The notes below the pieces were generated by a model that saw nothing but the letters and a program-made list of their open reading frames with translations, did no database searches and had not been told where the DNA came from. Shown piece by piece: positions 40,001-53,221 of a stretch of DNA of 64,000 nucleotides. Every line of letters starts with the position of its first letter. Position 1 is the first letter of the stretch. The stretch spans positions 20,026,001-20,090,000 of the forward strand of contig OY740797.1 of NCBI GenBank assembly GCA_963514005.1. The letters are read 5' to 3'. Source of the DNA: Raja brachyura (lineage: Eukaryota). Both the position numbers and the translations under genes were made by a program.

Positions 40001-43000
40001 GATATGTTTTTGCACAATTGTTTTAACTGATGAGATATCTTAAGTTAAAAACAGAACGTATTGGAAAAACTCTGCAGCTCAGCCAGCATTTGTGGAAAGA
40101 TGCATAGAGTTAAGAATGATCTCCAACCTGAAAGGTTAATTCGCTTTCTGTTTCCATAGATGCTGCCTGTTCTGCAGAGTGCTACTGGCATTTTTGTATT
40201 TTTACTTCAAATTTCCAGCATCCATGGATTTATGATTATTTTCATGCCTCAGTTACTTACTCATTCTATGCAATATGCCACAGAATCATAGAATGATTAC
40301 ATCACACAAGGAGCCCTTTTAGCCCATCATGTGTGTGCTGATTTTCTACCAGAACAAATCACCAGTCTCCACACACCAGCACATTCTCTGCAGCATTGCA
40401 TTTTTTCTGCAGCTTATATTAATACAATTTATCTCTTTGATGATATGGCAGAACTTGCTTCCATTACATCCATAGGCAGTGCATTCTCTTCCCCCATTAT
40501 CTATGACAGCTCTTTGGTCTTTGTGTTTCACTATCTCTATACATTTTCTAGCCTTCATCGATTTATCTATTTCCATCAAATCTCCCCTCTGCCTTCTCTT
40601 CTCCAAAGAAAGGATGGGACAGCTTGTAAAGTTGCTGACGGTTGGCATGGACTTGGTGGGCTGAATGGCCAGTTTTTATGCTGTACTTTCAATCAGTCAA
40701 TCAAACAATCAAAACTGTTTTATTCATTCTAAACCTCTGTCATGATTATAGTGCTAGGAACCAATTTTGTTTAACATCTTCACGTCCTTCCGATAATGTG
40801 GTGACTGGAAATTAGTATAATATTTCCAGCTGAGGCCAAACAAGAATTTTATACAGATTCAGCATAAATTCCTTCTTTCATACTCTGTCTTTACTGATAA
40901 GGCACAGAATTGTGTTTGCCTTATTATCCACTTAACTTCCCCAACCACGTTTAATGATTTGTGCACACATCCTCTTTCTCCTGCACCCCACTTTGAAAAG
41001 TATAATTTTCTCTCCCTTGCCTCTCCTCATTCTTCACAGCAAATTGCATCATGCATATTTCTCCACATTAAATTTCATCTATCACCAGCTGGTTTATATC
41101 TGGCTGCAATATATCCCTATCTCCTTTGTTAATCACAATACACCAAGTTTTATGCCATCTTCAAATTTAGAAATTTAGGTTTGACCCCCTAATTCTAGGT
41201 TATCAAAATAGATTATAAAAAAAACAATGATCCTAAACTGACACCTAGAAGCACCACTATTAACAATTTAAATCTGAAAACCACTCATTACATTGCTCTT
41301 GTTATCTTTTACTTTGTCAACCATAATTTTTTTTAATTGTCTCCTTTTAAGGATTGTGCTTCAGCTTTGCTGATAAGTGTGGTATAGGGCATTTAACATA
41401 AAACATCGCATAGAACTGCATTACTTTCATTATCTGTTATCTCAAATTATTTAAATATGATATGCCCTTAACAAATCCATGCTTGCAACCCTTAAACATT
41501 TCAGCCCATTAGTGAATTAGTATTTGCCTCGTTCTGTTGCAAAAATATTAACAGACTCTGTTTCCATTCCCCTTAAAGGAAGAGTTTGCCAAAGCTTTCA
41601 GCCAGTGGAGAGAATGAAAAATTCCACTCGTCTGCCTTCAATGTGTGATCCTTTATTTTAAACAGTGACAACTAATCATTCTGTGAGGAAATATCCTTTC
41701 CATTTCCACCCTGTCAAGACTTCTCATGATTTTACATTTGTCAATCAGGACCCTTCTCACTCTGTTGTATCGCAGCAGACACAATCCTAGCCTGTAAAAC
41801 ATTTTCCTGTAAGGCACACATTAGTGCAGTAAAAGTTCTCTGAACTACTTCTGCCATATTAGTCTTTACTTAAACAAGTAGGCCATTACTGGACTAGATT
41901 CTCCAGATGATGTCTCATCAATGTCCGATGTAAATAAAGCAAGGTCTTCCTACTCTTGTATTCAATTCCCCCAGCAATAAAATATAATAAAAGAAAATGT
42001 TCTGACAGCTTTGTGAATTACTTGCTGTACCTGAATACTAGATGTTTGCAGTTCATGCACCCAGATTTCCTTGCATCTCAGAACAATGATGGCACCTCAT
42101 TATCTCATGGTAACTAAACCAGAAGACTGACAGAGTTTCAACCCGAAATGTCACCTATTCCATTTCTCCAGAGATGCTGCCTGACCCACTGAGTTACTCC
42201 AGCATTTTGTGTCTATCGCCAGAAGACTAAAATGCAGGGAACCACGGTGACTTGGTAGTTTGGATTCAGAACTGGCTAATCCATAGAAAGTGGGTTAGTG
42301 ATGGAAGGGCATAATTATGGTTGAATGTCTGTGACCAGTGGTGGTTTGCAGAGATCAGTGCAGGCACCTCTGTTCGTTTGTGATATATATAAATGACTGA
42401 GACGAAAATGTAGATGGGATGGTTAGCAAGTTTGCGGAATACACAAAAATGAGTGGAGTTGCAGAGAGTTAAGAAGACCATCAATTGATACAACCGGATT
42501 TAGACCTTTTGGGTGGACACATGGCAGATAGAGTTTAATTTGGGCAAATGTGAGCTGCTGCACATTTGGTGGTCAAATGTAAAAGGATGTAATGACAAAA
42601 CCCATAATAATATTGATGTGCAAAGGGATCTTGGTGTCCAAGTCCAAAGCTCCCCGAAAGTAGCAACAAAAGTGGATGGTATTAAAGAAGGTGCGTAGGA
42701 AGTAACCGCAGATGCTGGTTTAAATCAAAGATAGACACAAAAAGCTGGAATAACTCAGTGGGTCAGACAGCAGGTCAGAAAAAGGTCTGAAGAAAGGTCT
42801 CAACCCGAAATGTCAGCTGTTCCTTTTCTCCAGAGATGCTGTCTGACCCGCTGAGTTACTCCAGTTTTTTTGTGTCTATCTTTGTATTGAAGAAGTCATC
42901 TGGTTTGCTTGCCTTCAGAGGTCAAGCCATTCAGTATAAGAATTGGGAAGTCATTTTGCACCTGTATAAAGCTTTAGTTCTGCCACATTTGGAGTATTGT

Positions 43001-46000
43001 GTGCAATTCTGATTACCGCATTACAGGAAAGTAGTGCAGAATATGGAGAAGGTGAAAAGAGGTTGACCAGGATATTGCATAGATTAGTGAGTGTTAGCTA
43101 TAAGGAGAGGTTGCACAAACTTGGATTGTTTTCCCCGGAGCGTTGCAGGCTGAGAAGAGACCTGATAGAAGTTTACAATGTCATGAGAGGCAAAGATGGA
43201 GTAAACAATCAAAACGGACATAAATTGCTGGGGTAATTCAACGGGTCAGACAGCATCCCTGGCGAACATGGACAGCTTACCTTTCATATCGGTACCCTTC
43301 TTCAGAATCTTGTTCCCAGGATGGAAATGTCAAACACAAAGGAGCATTGGTTCAAGGTGAGAGTGGGAACATTTAAAGGAGAAGTTCGCTGCAAGATTTT
43401 TTGCATAGAAAGTAATGGGTGCCTAGAATGCGCTGCCAGTGCTGGTGGTTGAAGCTGTTTTGATAGTAACAGATCAGAGCCTTTTAGAGTGGCACATAAA
43501 TATGCAGGGACTGGAGGGTTATGGATCATATGCAGGCAGAAGGTTTTAGTTTAATTTGGTATCAAGCACAGCACAGACATCATGGTGCAATGGCCTATTC
43601 AGTGCTCCATGCCTATAAAATCTGTATTTTTCACATTATAACAGTTTAAAATTACTCCATTAGTTAACTCAAAGGTTTGAGCCCTACCAACCAGTAATGG
43701 GACAGAGATTCTCAAAACTCTTTATATTTCAGGTTGATGAGGTATTATATTTTAAATGAGCTTAATCACACTATTTGTTTCTGTTCGTTTGAGTATTGGT
43801 TTGAACATTAGTGCTGTTTTTGCACAGGGCGATTTTATTTATAATATAGTTTTATGCAGAGCCCTCAGAATGTCGTAACCTCCCAAATCATGTTTGTCTT
43901 GAGAGTACAAGTGATTTTATTTCTGTTTTATATCTGCTTTCTAGAAGTCAGTCCAATGACTACTTTGCCTTGGTGGATTCCTCTTTGTGGAGCACTGTTT
44001 CTACTGCTTCTACTGATTATTGTAGCAATAGTCAGTTATAAACTCTGCAAAGGTAAGGGACAATCTCTTTTCAATTATTTTAGTGTTGCATTGATTCAAT
44101 AATTATAACAAGCAAAAAGGTTATTGTAAATTAATCATTCATAACTGAAATAGCCAGACTTCAGATAAAAAAATTGTTATATGTTTTTTTCTGAGCTGTA
44201 CATTGTAACAGTAATAAGTATTGAAAATTGGACACTTCCACAATGGACATTGAGTTTTCAGCTTAGACAGAGTGCATTTTAAAGCGAAGTATTCAATGTA
44301 TTTACTGCACTCGGATATTTATTGCTGTTATGTGGAGAGAACTAAATTGATGAAGGTTGTTTTTTGTGGTGAAGGGGATTTTAGGAGGAAGTCAAAGCCA
44401 TCAGTTTGCCATTTTTGATTGAACATAGCTTGAAAGCTTTGGCCATGTCGAGCATTCATGTGTTATGGATGTCAATATTGAGATGCAGCTTCACTTACAA
44501 CTAGATTTTGTGGGATTTGCAGAACTTTCATCTGATTGATTTGTGTGAGACTGTTCAGCTCTGTTAATTACATGCTACATTTGTTGTTTAACACAATTGT
44601 AGCCCAACATTGCAGCTTCACAAAGCTAACATATCATCATTTCTGATTTTGCCTGGTACTGATCTTGGCATGTCCTTCTGCATTCCCCATTCAACCAGTG
44701 TTGAATGCGGCATGTAAGTAATGATAGTAGGATCTGTCTCCATAAAGTTCACGTTGTGTTCACTTCTACCAATGGTATCATGAACAGATGTATCTGCCAC
44801 AGGTGAATTGGCGAGAGTGAGGTCAAGTGTTTATATTGGTTGTGTTGGTTCACTCACTATCAGCCATGGACTTCCTTTCAAGAGTCAGCCAACACACGTG
44901 CTACAAGCCATGTTTGGGATGGAGAGTCCACAGCTATGGAATATTTTGTCTTTATTACTTCAAATTATAGTTCAACAAGAAGGATTGTTGGGAATTTAGG
45001 CAGCTGCAATCGCCAGACAAGTGGAGAGTATTCCATCGCACTCCTAACTTGTGCTTTGTAAGTGCTAAAAATAACTCGGATGTTAGGAGTGCAAGCAAGT
45101 TACCATAGGATATCCACCATCTGGCATGCTTTGTAGGCACATTGTTTATCTATGGTTCAGTTGAATTTATGCTCAAAGGTGACCTTCAGGATGTTGATGG
45201 TGGGGCATTTAAAAATGGTAATGGCATTGAATATCAGGGGTACATGACGCTAGGTATAAGCTAATAAAAGAAAGTGATTCTTTAAAATTGCTCCAGTTTT
45301 TCGAGTTCATTATGTTCTTTCCCACCTCCAATCTTCTGACATAAAAACGTATCAAAATTCTGAGTAATCTTGGGCCATAGCTCATGTTTCTTAATACAAT
45401 TAAGGCTACTTTCATCTTCACGGTAAGATTGGAGTATTAAATTGAAGAAAAGTTAGCTTTGATTTATTATTATTTGTTTAGGCCAGAAGTGTCTGATGGA
45501 GCTTCTGTTTTGTGCAGCAAAAGAAAATGTTTCGTGTTTTAAAGTGGAGATGTAATAACTTCCGGTTGGCCGATGAGCTGCTGAGCACCAAAATCAACTT
45601 GCACCTCAATGCTGCAATCCATTTTATATTTCCCAAATTAATTGTCTTGTTGTTTTCTGGCTTCATGAATGAAAGTGATCAAGTTATGAATAATTTCAGG
45701 TTTATCATATTCATCAGAATGTGGAATCTTGCAGAGAATTCCTGCCTGTTTAGAAAAGTACAGCCTTCCAAACAAACACAACATCTTTATACCAATTGAA
45801 ACCCTCTGACATTAATTGACTAATTATCACATTTTATTGTTCAGTTAGAACAATATACAAGAAGTACATTTATAGTCTCCTGGCCTACTTGCATATTAAA
45901 CATGACCACTTTACAATTGTTTCTTCCATTGAACTCATGAACGCAAGGATTAAAAACAAAGAAAACAATGAGGAAACAGAGGAAATCATGTGTTTCCTCT

Positions 46001-48916
46001 GCTCCTGTTTGTTATTTCCTCAAGACTAAACCATCGCTTTAACACAATCCTTGCTGTGAGTGTTTGTGACTGAGGAGGCCCTGCTAGCTTTTTACAATTT
46101 GTAATTTCACTGTGCTGCTAATCCCTTAATAGTTAAGCAAAATTCAAATAATATATTGCCAATCTATGTTAATACTGACGATTATATCAGAAATAATGCA
46201 GCCCACTGGTTTTCCACATTTGAACACCAGACAGACATTATTCCACGGGTGCACCTTTTATATATTTATAAGGTAGTGAATATTTTGATGAATATTTCTG
46301 GTTGATAGTCTGGCTCCTCCCCCAAACCTCCACCCTCATCCTGGTCTCTATCCTTTTTTAACTTTAATTTGGATATTGTTTGATTGTTTCATCATTATTG
46401 TCCTTATAAATCAACATATCTTGCCTTTTATCTTTAATTTTATCTATTGTCTTTCATCGTGTGAAATTCTCCATTATCTCTTGCTTGTCTGAAATACCTC
46501 CACCACTAACTTTGCTTTCAGGAAGCTTCATTTCCTCCTTACAGCCAAATATATATATTTTTTCACATTCTTAGTTTTAAAATAACACCTCAGACTTAAA
46601 TTCCGTTTTTTTTCTTTGTTCATTTCCAGTGATGTAGGTGTCACTGTAAAGGCCAACATCTCTTGCCCATCCTAATAAATAGAAAGGCCTCATAATCAGT
46701 GGTATATTGTTTGCCAGTAACTTTGTGCCACTCTTGCATATTTTCATTTCATAAAATCTGGAACAAATCTTGTTTAATCAGAATAACATAAAAATACGGT
46801 AAAATGTAAAACCATAAGTTGACCGGCTTTGACCAGCTTTCAGCGTGCTCTCCTTTCTCTGTAAGGGCATTGAGTATAGAAGTTGGGAAATTATGTTACA
46901 GTTTTACAAGACTTTGCTGAGGCCACACTTGGGGTATTGTGTTCAATTTCGGTAATCTTGGCAGAGGAAAGATGCCATTTTGCTGGAACAACTACAGAAA
47001 AGTACGTGACAATGTTGCTAAGACTGAAGGTTGAGCAGGCTAGGACTTTATTCCTTGAGGCGTAGGCGAGTTAGGGTGTACTTACACAGGTGTATAAAAT
47101 CGAAAGGAGAATAGAAAAAGTGAATGCACATTTTTTTGTTTTACAAGGTTTTCCCTAGAGGGCGTAGGTTTAAGGTGAGAGGCGTTAGATTGAATAGGAA
47201 CCTCAGTGACAACCTTCTCACACAAAAGGTTTGGGTATATGGAGTAAGAAGCCAGAGGAAGTGGCTGAGGCAGGAATATTAACAATATTTAACAAATATT
47301 TGGACAGGTAAATGGATGGGCAAGGGTTCGAAACGTTATTCCCTTATCTTTACATCTGTACACTGTGAATGCTTGATTGTTATCATGTTTTGTCTTTCCG
47401 CTGACTGGTTAGCATGCAACAAAAGCTTTTCACTGTACCTTGGTCCCTGTGACAATAAAGTAAACTTTTATTGTGTTATTGTTGTTCATAGAAACATGAG
47501 TGTAATGGGTACCCAAAGTTACAGGGACTACAATTTGTACTTTGTTGGTTGCAGAGAACTTCAGTTCTTTTGCAAGGTTAAAGTGCACTAACTTAAAGTT
47601 GATTAATTTAGCATTGTGAAAACTTGTTTTGTTTTCACCCTCCCCTCGTGACGTCCCTCTTTCCGATACAGAACGGTCTGTCCTCAACAAAGGCCTTACC
47701 TTTATACGTCTCCACCCCCACCTCAATGAGTTCCGGGCTCTCCATGACGTAGAGCTCTTTTACCATCGCCTCCACTTCCGGGCATTTTTCTATGGAAAGG
47801 TGTCCGCACTGACCAGTGATGACCGCTTCTCTTGTCTGCAACATCACCCTTCCTCTTGGACTCCCTCTGCTGGCTCTTTGTTTCTAACTGTAGGCACGAC
47901 ATCAACAGTCTTAACTTATCTACTGCCTTCAGACACTCCAACACCACACCCTCTGAATAAACAGCCCTAGGCTCACTTAGCAATAAACCCAACAAAACAG
48001 GGATGCTGCTTGACTTGCTGAGTTACTGCCGCAATTTGAGTCCTTTTGTATATTAACCACCATTCACAGTTCTTTGTTTCTACATAGTATTTAATGCATT
48101 TCTTCCAGATTCCCATTCCCATCAGTCATATAGCGTGCAATTCAAGGCCTTTTCACGAGGGGAAATTCTGACCTTGCCAATGACCTTGTATATGATCGCT
48201 GACAGTCTGTGACAGTAGCCAGACTTTTAAGGAGGTCCACACAAAAAGCTGGAGAAACTCAGCGGGTGCAGCAGCATCTAAGGAGCGAAGGAGATAGGCG
48301 ACGTTTCGGGTCGAGACCGCTCCTTAGATGCTGCTGCACCCGCTGAGTTTCTCCAGCTTTTTGTGTAACCCTCGATTCTCCAGCATCTGCAGTTCCTTCT
48401 TTAACACTTTTAAGGAGGTCGTTCCTGATCCCGCTATAACTAAATCTTATCACACATGCTGCTTTGTAAACAACAAGTACAAGACAGGGAATTTTATTCG
48501 ATCATCCCACTCTTTAGGCTTTGGACACAAGGACAATTTTAGTAATCCTAACATCATCTTGATGCTATGACTGAGCTTTGCTGGATTAACATTGCTTAGT
48601 ATTAGTAGTAGCTTGTCAGATTGTGAAGGTAAAGTTTCTTTGGGAATGTTTCTGCACTTTTTAATTGTCAGTGAAAACTTTGCACCTTATATTTCATGTT
48701 ATTTTACTTTCAGCACATAAAGGCAAGGTTCAAATGAAGACCTGCGTACGTTGCACTCAACCTATCGTGGCAAATCCTAATAATCTGAATGACGAAACAG
48801 TTCAAGGGAATACACAGATGGAACAGTGGAACCCAATCACAACAGCAGAAGTTACCGATGCCACGCCAAAAGTAAAAAAACACCGTAAAAGGAAAAATGA
48901 CCCAATGAATATTTGA
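34033..48916 (+). CDS. Non-rearranging IgSF type I membrane receptor (leader-VJ-C1-TM-cytoplasmic, 322 aa; NKp30-like V domain in a SIRP/tapasin/B7-H6-like V-C1 layout)
   Basis: Five exons with all phase-1 GT-AG introns: 34033-34087, 34328-34639, 39457-39747, 43945-44052, 48714-48916 (969 nt, open frame). Confidence 0.85.
34328..34639 (+). CDS. IgSF receptor exon 2, V-set (VJ-type) domain
   Basis: tttgcag|...aaag|gtgagc; SLQC, VYWWK, DAGIYYC, J-like GNGTGVTLGV. Confidence 0.93.
35300..35478 (-). mobile_element. Penelope-like terminal repeat with minimal hammerhead core
   Basis: Minus strand CTGAAGA-A-GGGTC-TC-GACCC-GAAAC-GTC at 35417-35390. Confidence 0.65.
36303..36432 (+). repeat. 65-bp tandem duplication (1 mismatch)
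   Basis: CCGTGTCGAAAGAATTTC...AATTCCTCC at 36303-36367 and 36368-36432. Confidence 0.9.
39457..39747 (+). CDS. IgSF receptor exon 3, C1-set domain
   Basis: ctacag|...gcag|gtaga; LLCKTSGFYPADYSLSWYRDG...YECEVSHSTL (C1 hallmarks FYP, W, YxCxVxH). Confidence 0.93.
42240..43610 (+). mobile_element. Old decayed CR1 RT/3' fragment with Penelope insertions
   Basis: WQIEFNLGKCELLH, RDLGVQV, SYKERLHKLGLFS; Penelope inserts at about 42695-42885 and 43215-43305. Confidence 0.7.
43945..44052 (+). CDS. IgSF receptor exon 4, transmembrane
   Basis: ttctag|...aaag|gtaagg; EVSPMTTLPWWIPLCGALFLLLLLIIVAIVSYKLCK. Confidence 0.88.
47620..48085 (+). mobile_element. Penelope-like element fragment (ORF N-terminus plus terminal piece)
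   Basis: LSDTERSVLNKGLTF...LNEFRA.HDVELF, typical of a PLE ORF start. Confidence 0.65.
48239..48366. repeat. Perfect 49-bp inverted repeat (Penelope terminal fold-back)
   Basis: Arms 48239-48287 and 48318-48366, 30-nt spacer. Confidence 0.9.
48714..48916 (+). CDS. IgSF receptor exon 5, cytoplasmic tail
   Basis: ttactttcag|; phase fits; AHKGKVQMKTCVRCTQP...KVKKHRKRKNDPMNI*. Confidence 0.7.
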
Positions 48917-49489
48917 TCTTTTTAAAATCTGAGAAGCATTTTATAGTAATTATTATAGATTCTTTTGCATAACTTTCAATGTTTGTACAGCGTGCACTTC
49001 TTGAAACTCAAAGAAAATACAATTTTATGAGCATCAGATAACTGCATTTTATTATATTTATTCACTGACTAGAACATTGTTCTCATTTTCAAAATTGCAG
49101 AATTTATAATGGTGTTTACTGACTTATTCTAAATATGAAGATGGAGGCAAAAACCTGGAGTATCTCAGCGGGACAGGCAGCATCTCTGGAGAGAAGGAAT
49201 GGTTGATATTTTGCGTCGACGTCTTGACCTGAAACGTCACCCATTCCTTCTCCTCAGAGATGCTGCCTGTCCTGCTAAGTTACTCCAGCTTTTTGTGTCT
49301 ATCTTTGGTTTAAACCAGCATCTGCAATTCCTTTCTACACATTTATTCTAAATATGGTTGGGATTTTAAAAGGCCATTCACAATTGTTTGTTAAATCTTT
49401 GAAGAATTTCAGACATACAAAGTGCACACTCATTTTGAGAGCTCCAGTCCAGCATGGAATTTTTGTCCAAAATAAACAGCCTTATTGGA

Positions 49490-49778
49490 TGACACGGTTG
49501 CGTAGCAGTAGAATTGCTGCCTTACAGAGCCAGATACCCGGGTTCGATCATGACTAGGTTGCTATCTGTATGGAGTTTGTACGTTCTCCACATGATCGGC
49601 GTGGGTATTCTCCTGGATGCTCGGTTTTCCTCCCTCACTCCCAAGACCTATAGTTTTGTAGGCTAATTGGCTTGGCTTAAATGTAAATTGTCCTTAGGGT
49701 GTGTAGAATAGTGCTAGTGCGTAGAGATCGCTGGTTGGTGTGGATTCGGTGGGCTGAAGGGCATCTCTAAACTAAACT
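49490..49778 (+). mobile_element. V-SINE (HE1-like)
   Basis: tRNA-like head with GGTTCGATC B box, V core, CTAAA tail. Confidence 0.8.
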
Positions 49779-52029
49779 GTTCAAAATAAAACTCATTGGG
49801 TTTCTTTGATCATCATTCATTAACATTGTGTGGATTTCAGGGCCTTTTCACTAGGAGAAATTTTGAACTTGTCCAATGGCGTATACAATGGCAAACAGTA
49901 AATAGTCTGATTAATTTCTGATTAATTGTTTAATTATTATTTCTGTTATCTGCTCTCCACAAATATAAGGAATTGTATAGTCACTTTTCATACCAATATA
50001 TAGGATAGGCTTTTGTTCGCACATGTGATATAAAGTTACATTTTATTCAGACACTGTGCTTTGGGGAAAAAATTGGTGCTTAAAGTGTGAAATTTCATTC
50101 CACAGTGAATTGCATTCAATTGCACATTTGTAGTGTGCTCAGAGTTCAGATCCTCTGTCTAATGTACAGTCCCCATTCTACTCACTGCATGCTGTGCATA
50201 ATTTCTAACTGTCCAGACCCCCATATAGATGTACAATGCTCATATTTGTGACGTAATAGGAAACCATCAGCCCATTGCACCTGTGCCAGTTCTTAGGACA
50301 TTACCATCAGTGCACTTCTCCCACCATATTTACTCTATAACTGGCATCCTCTCACATGTTCATCAACTCTTCCCATTTCTGCCACCCATTTACGGTAGGA
50401 GAAATTTGCAGGAGCCTGTTAATCTAGCAGCATTTGTTGGCGATATGGGAAGATGCCAGAATATCTTGGGAAAACCATCAGGGAAATCATGCAACTTCCA
50501 AGACAGCACCCAAGGGCAGAATTGAATCTAGGGCACTGGAGCTTTGTGACAATTAAATTATTTGCAGTACTACTATACTGCCTCAAATATTTTGTCATGA
50601 TTCAGCTGATTTCAAATTAGTATGATGCTGCATTCAAATTCTATTCCAAGAACTTGATCACATGAATCTAGACATTTTAAAGCTGATGATATCTTCATTT
50701 TTTGATGTGATATTAAACTAAAGTCCTGCAGATAGATTAAAATGATTCTCTGACAGAATGTTAAAAAGCAGGTTCATTATCCCTAATATCCTGGACAATA
50801 TTTATCTCTTGACCTGAGCAGATCATTTGGCCATCATCAACTTATTTGTGGAAACTTGATGTGCACATTTCCCATGTTTCTTGTTATTTAGATCAGTGCA
50901 TTCTTTGGTTCATGCCTTATTTATGCAATTCGTCTTTCTTCTTCTATAAACTACAGTCTTCCAATGTTCCATTCAAGCCCGAATTCAGTTTTCAATTTCT
51001 ATCCAATCAGAATTGTATTTTGAAAATCATTGTAAATCAACATTATGCAATTGCTCACACGATTATGTTAAAACAAAGTATAATTATATATGAGCATAAA
51101 ACGGTCAAGTTATGGAGGATAGTAATGTGATCAAGATTCACGGAAAATGGTGGACAAGGCTAGTAGAACATTCAGTATCTGTGGAGTGAGAAAAAAATCA
51201 GTTAATATTACAGATAGTGCTTCAACACTCATCCCGAGTCATCTGATTGATGCTTGAATCTGAGAATTTACATGGTACAGGTAAAATAGTTCAATGGTAT
51301 AGGAAAAATAGGTAAAATAGTTTGGGCATTAATATAACTATCTGACAGACAATCATCTGCTATGCATTTACCACAATGTGATTTCCACAATTACCTTCAA
51401 TGTTTACTCCACAATTTTCTTTTGCAGAGAACATTTCAATGTTATGATTTCCCTAGTCATCTTGTGCATTGCTGCGTATACCTCAGTTACAGCATTCCAC
51501 ACTAATTATTGCAAGTGAGCAGAGAGACAAGTGACACAACCTTTTCAGTTTACTTTTTCAGTCAGCAGCAATTCTGATTTCTCTTGAATACATTTGCAAC
51601 CAAGCAATTTCTACTTGCTGTATATTTATTATATTTTCATGCATATTATATATGCTTTGTTTAAACAGCTACTGTCAATATAATAATTATTAATTTTCAC
51701 AGGCTTTGAAAGTGCAACTATGGGTGTCATTATACAGTTATGTATGTTTACATAATTTCAGAGCTATCTTGGTTGTGTCCCCATGGAGGTAACAAATAAA
51801 GCTTTTCTGTTAAATGCTTGTCTTGTGAGATTGCTTTCATTTTACTGTTAATAAGTCAGTACATAAGTTCTTCCTTTGTAAACAAAAGTGTGTGCAGTTA
51901 AAGTTGATTTTACCTGTTGCTTAGTGTATCCCCAAATCAAAAGTGGATGTGTCATTTTCAACAACTTAGTGATAATATTGAATTCATTCAATCCAGTACT
52001 GCCTGCAAAGAGTACTGCAAATTGTGAAA

Positions 52030-52775
52030 GATTAGGAAAGGGGGAGATGCAACGAGACCTGGGTGTCATGGTACACCAGTCATTGAAAGTAGGCATGCAG
52101 GTGCAGCAGGCAGTGAAGAAAGCAAATGGTATGTTAGCATTCATAGCGAAAGGATTTGAGTATAGGAGCAGGGAGGTTCTACTGCAGTTGTACAGGGTTT
52201 TGGTGAGGCCACACCTGGAGTATTGCGTACAGTTTTGGTCTCCAAATCTGAGGAAAGACATCCTTGCCATAGAGGGGGTACAGAGAAGATTCACCAGACT
52301 GATTCCTGGGATGTCAGGACTTTCATATGAGGAAAGATTGGATAGACTCGGCTTGTACTCGCTGGAATTTAGAAGATTGAGGGGGGATCTTATAGAAACT
52401 TACAAAATTCTTAAGGGGTTGGACAAGCTAGATGCTGGAAGATTGTTCCCGATGTTGGGGGAGTCCAGAACAAGGGGTCACAGTCTAAGGATAAGGGGGA
52501 ATTCCTTTAGGACCGAAATGAGGAAAACATTCTTTACACAGAGAGTCGTGAGTCTCTGGAATTCTCTGCCACAGAAGGTAGTTGAGGCCAGTTCATTGGC
52601 TATATTTAAGAGGGCGTTAGATGTGGCACTTGTGGCTAAAGGGATCAGGGGGTATGGAGAGAAGGCAGGTACGGGATACTGAGTTGGATGATCAGCCATG
52701 ATCACATTGAATGGCGGTGCAGGCTCGAAGGGCCGAATGGCCTACTCCTGCACCTATTTTCTATGTTTCTATCTT
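52030..52775 (+). mobile_element. CR1 3' fragment (same family as 26170-29801)
   Basis: Near-identical to 29040-29800; (TTTCTAT)n tail. Confidence 0.9.
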
Positions 52776-52924
52776 TCTATGTCTGCATTTCAGCAGGTAC
52801 ATAGGAATATTAAAATTAGCAGTATCTGGTCAGTCAAGACTGTACCACGATTCAATATGATTGAGGCTGAACAGCCCAAGGTCATTTCATTTCTGTGCTT
52901 CTTCATCTCACCATAGGTGGCATG

Positions 52925-53221
52925 GGGGCACAGCGGTAGAGCTGCTGCCTCACAGTGCCAGAGAACCAGGTTTGACTATCAGGGTGCTGTCTGTATGGAG
53001 TTTGCATATTCTCCGCCTGACCTGTGTGTGTTTTCTCCCGGTGCTCTGGTTTCCCCCCCCACACTCCAACACTCCAAAGATGTGCAAATTTGTGGATTAA
53101 TTGGCTTGGGAAAATTATAAAATGTTCTCAGTGTTAGTGAGGGTGGATCACTGGTTGGCACAGACTCATTGGGCTGAAGGGCCTGTTTCTGCACTTTATC
53201 ATTAAACTTAACTAAACTAAA
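52925..53221 (+). mobile_element. V-SINE (HE1-like)
   Basis: Same head, core and tail as 2074 and 49490. Confidence 0.8.

Noticed and set aside
45482-45555. Alternative terminal exon for the IgSF gene (GQKCLMELLFC...EM*)
   Set aside because: AG and phase fit, but the peptide is short and uninformative; cannot be supported without RNA data
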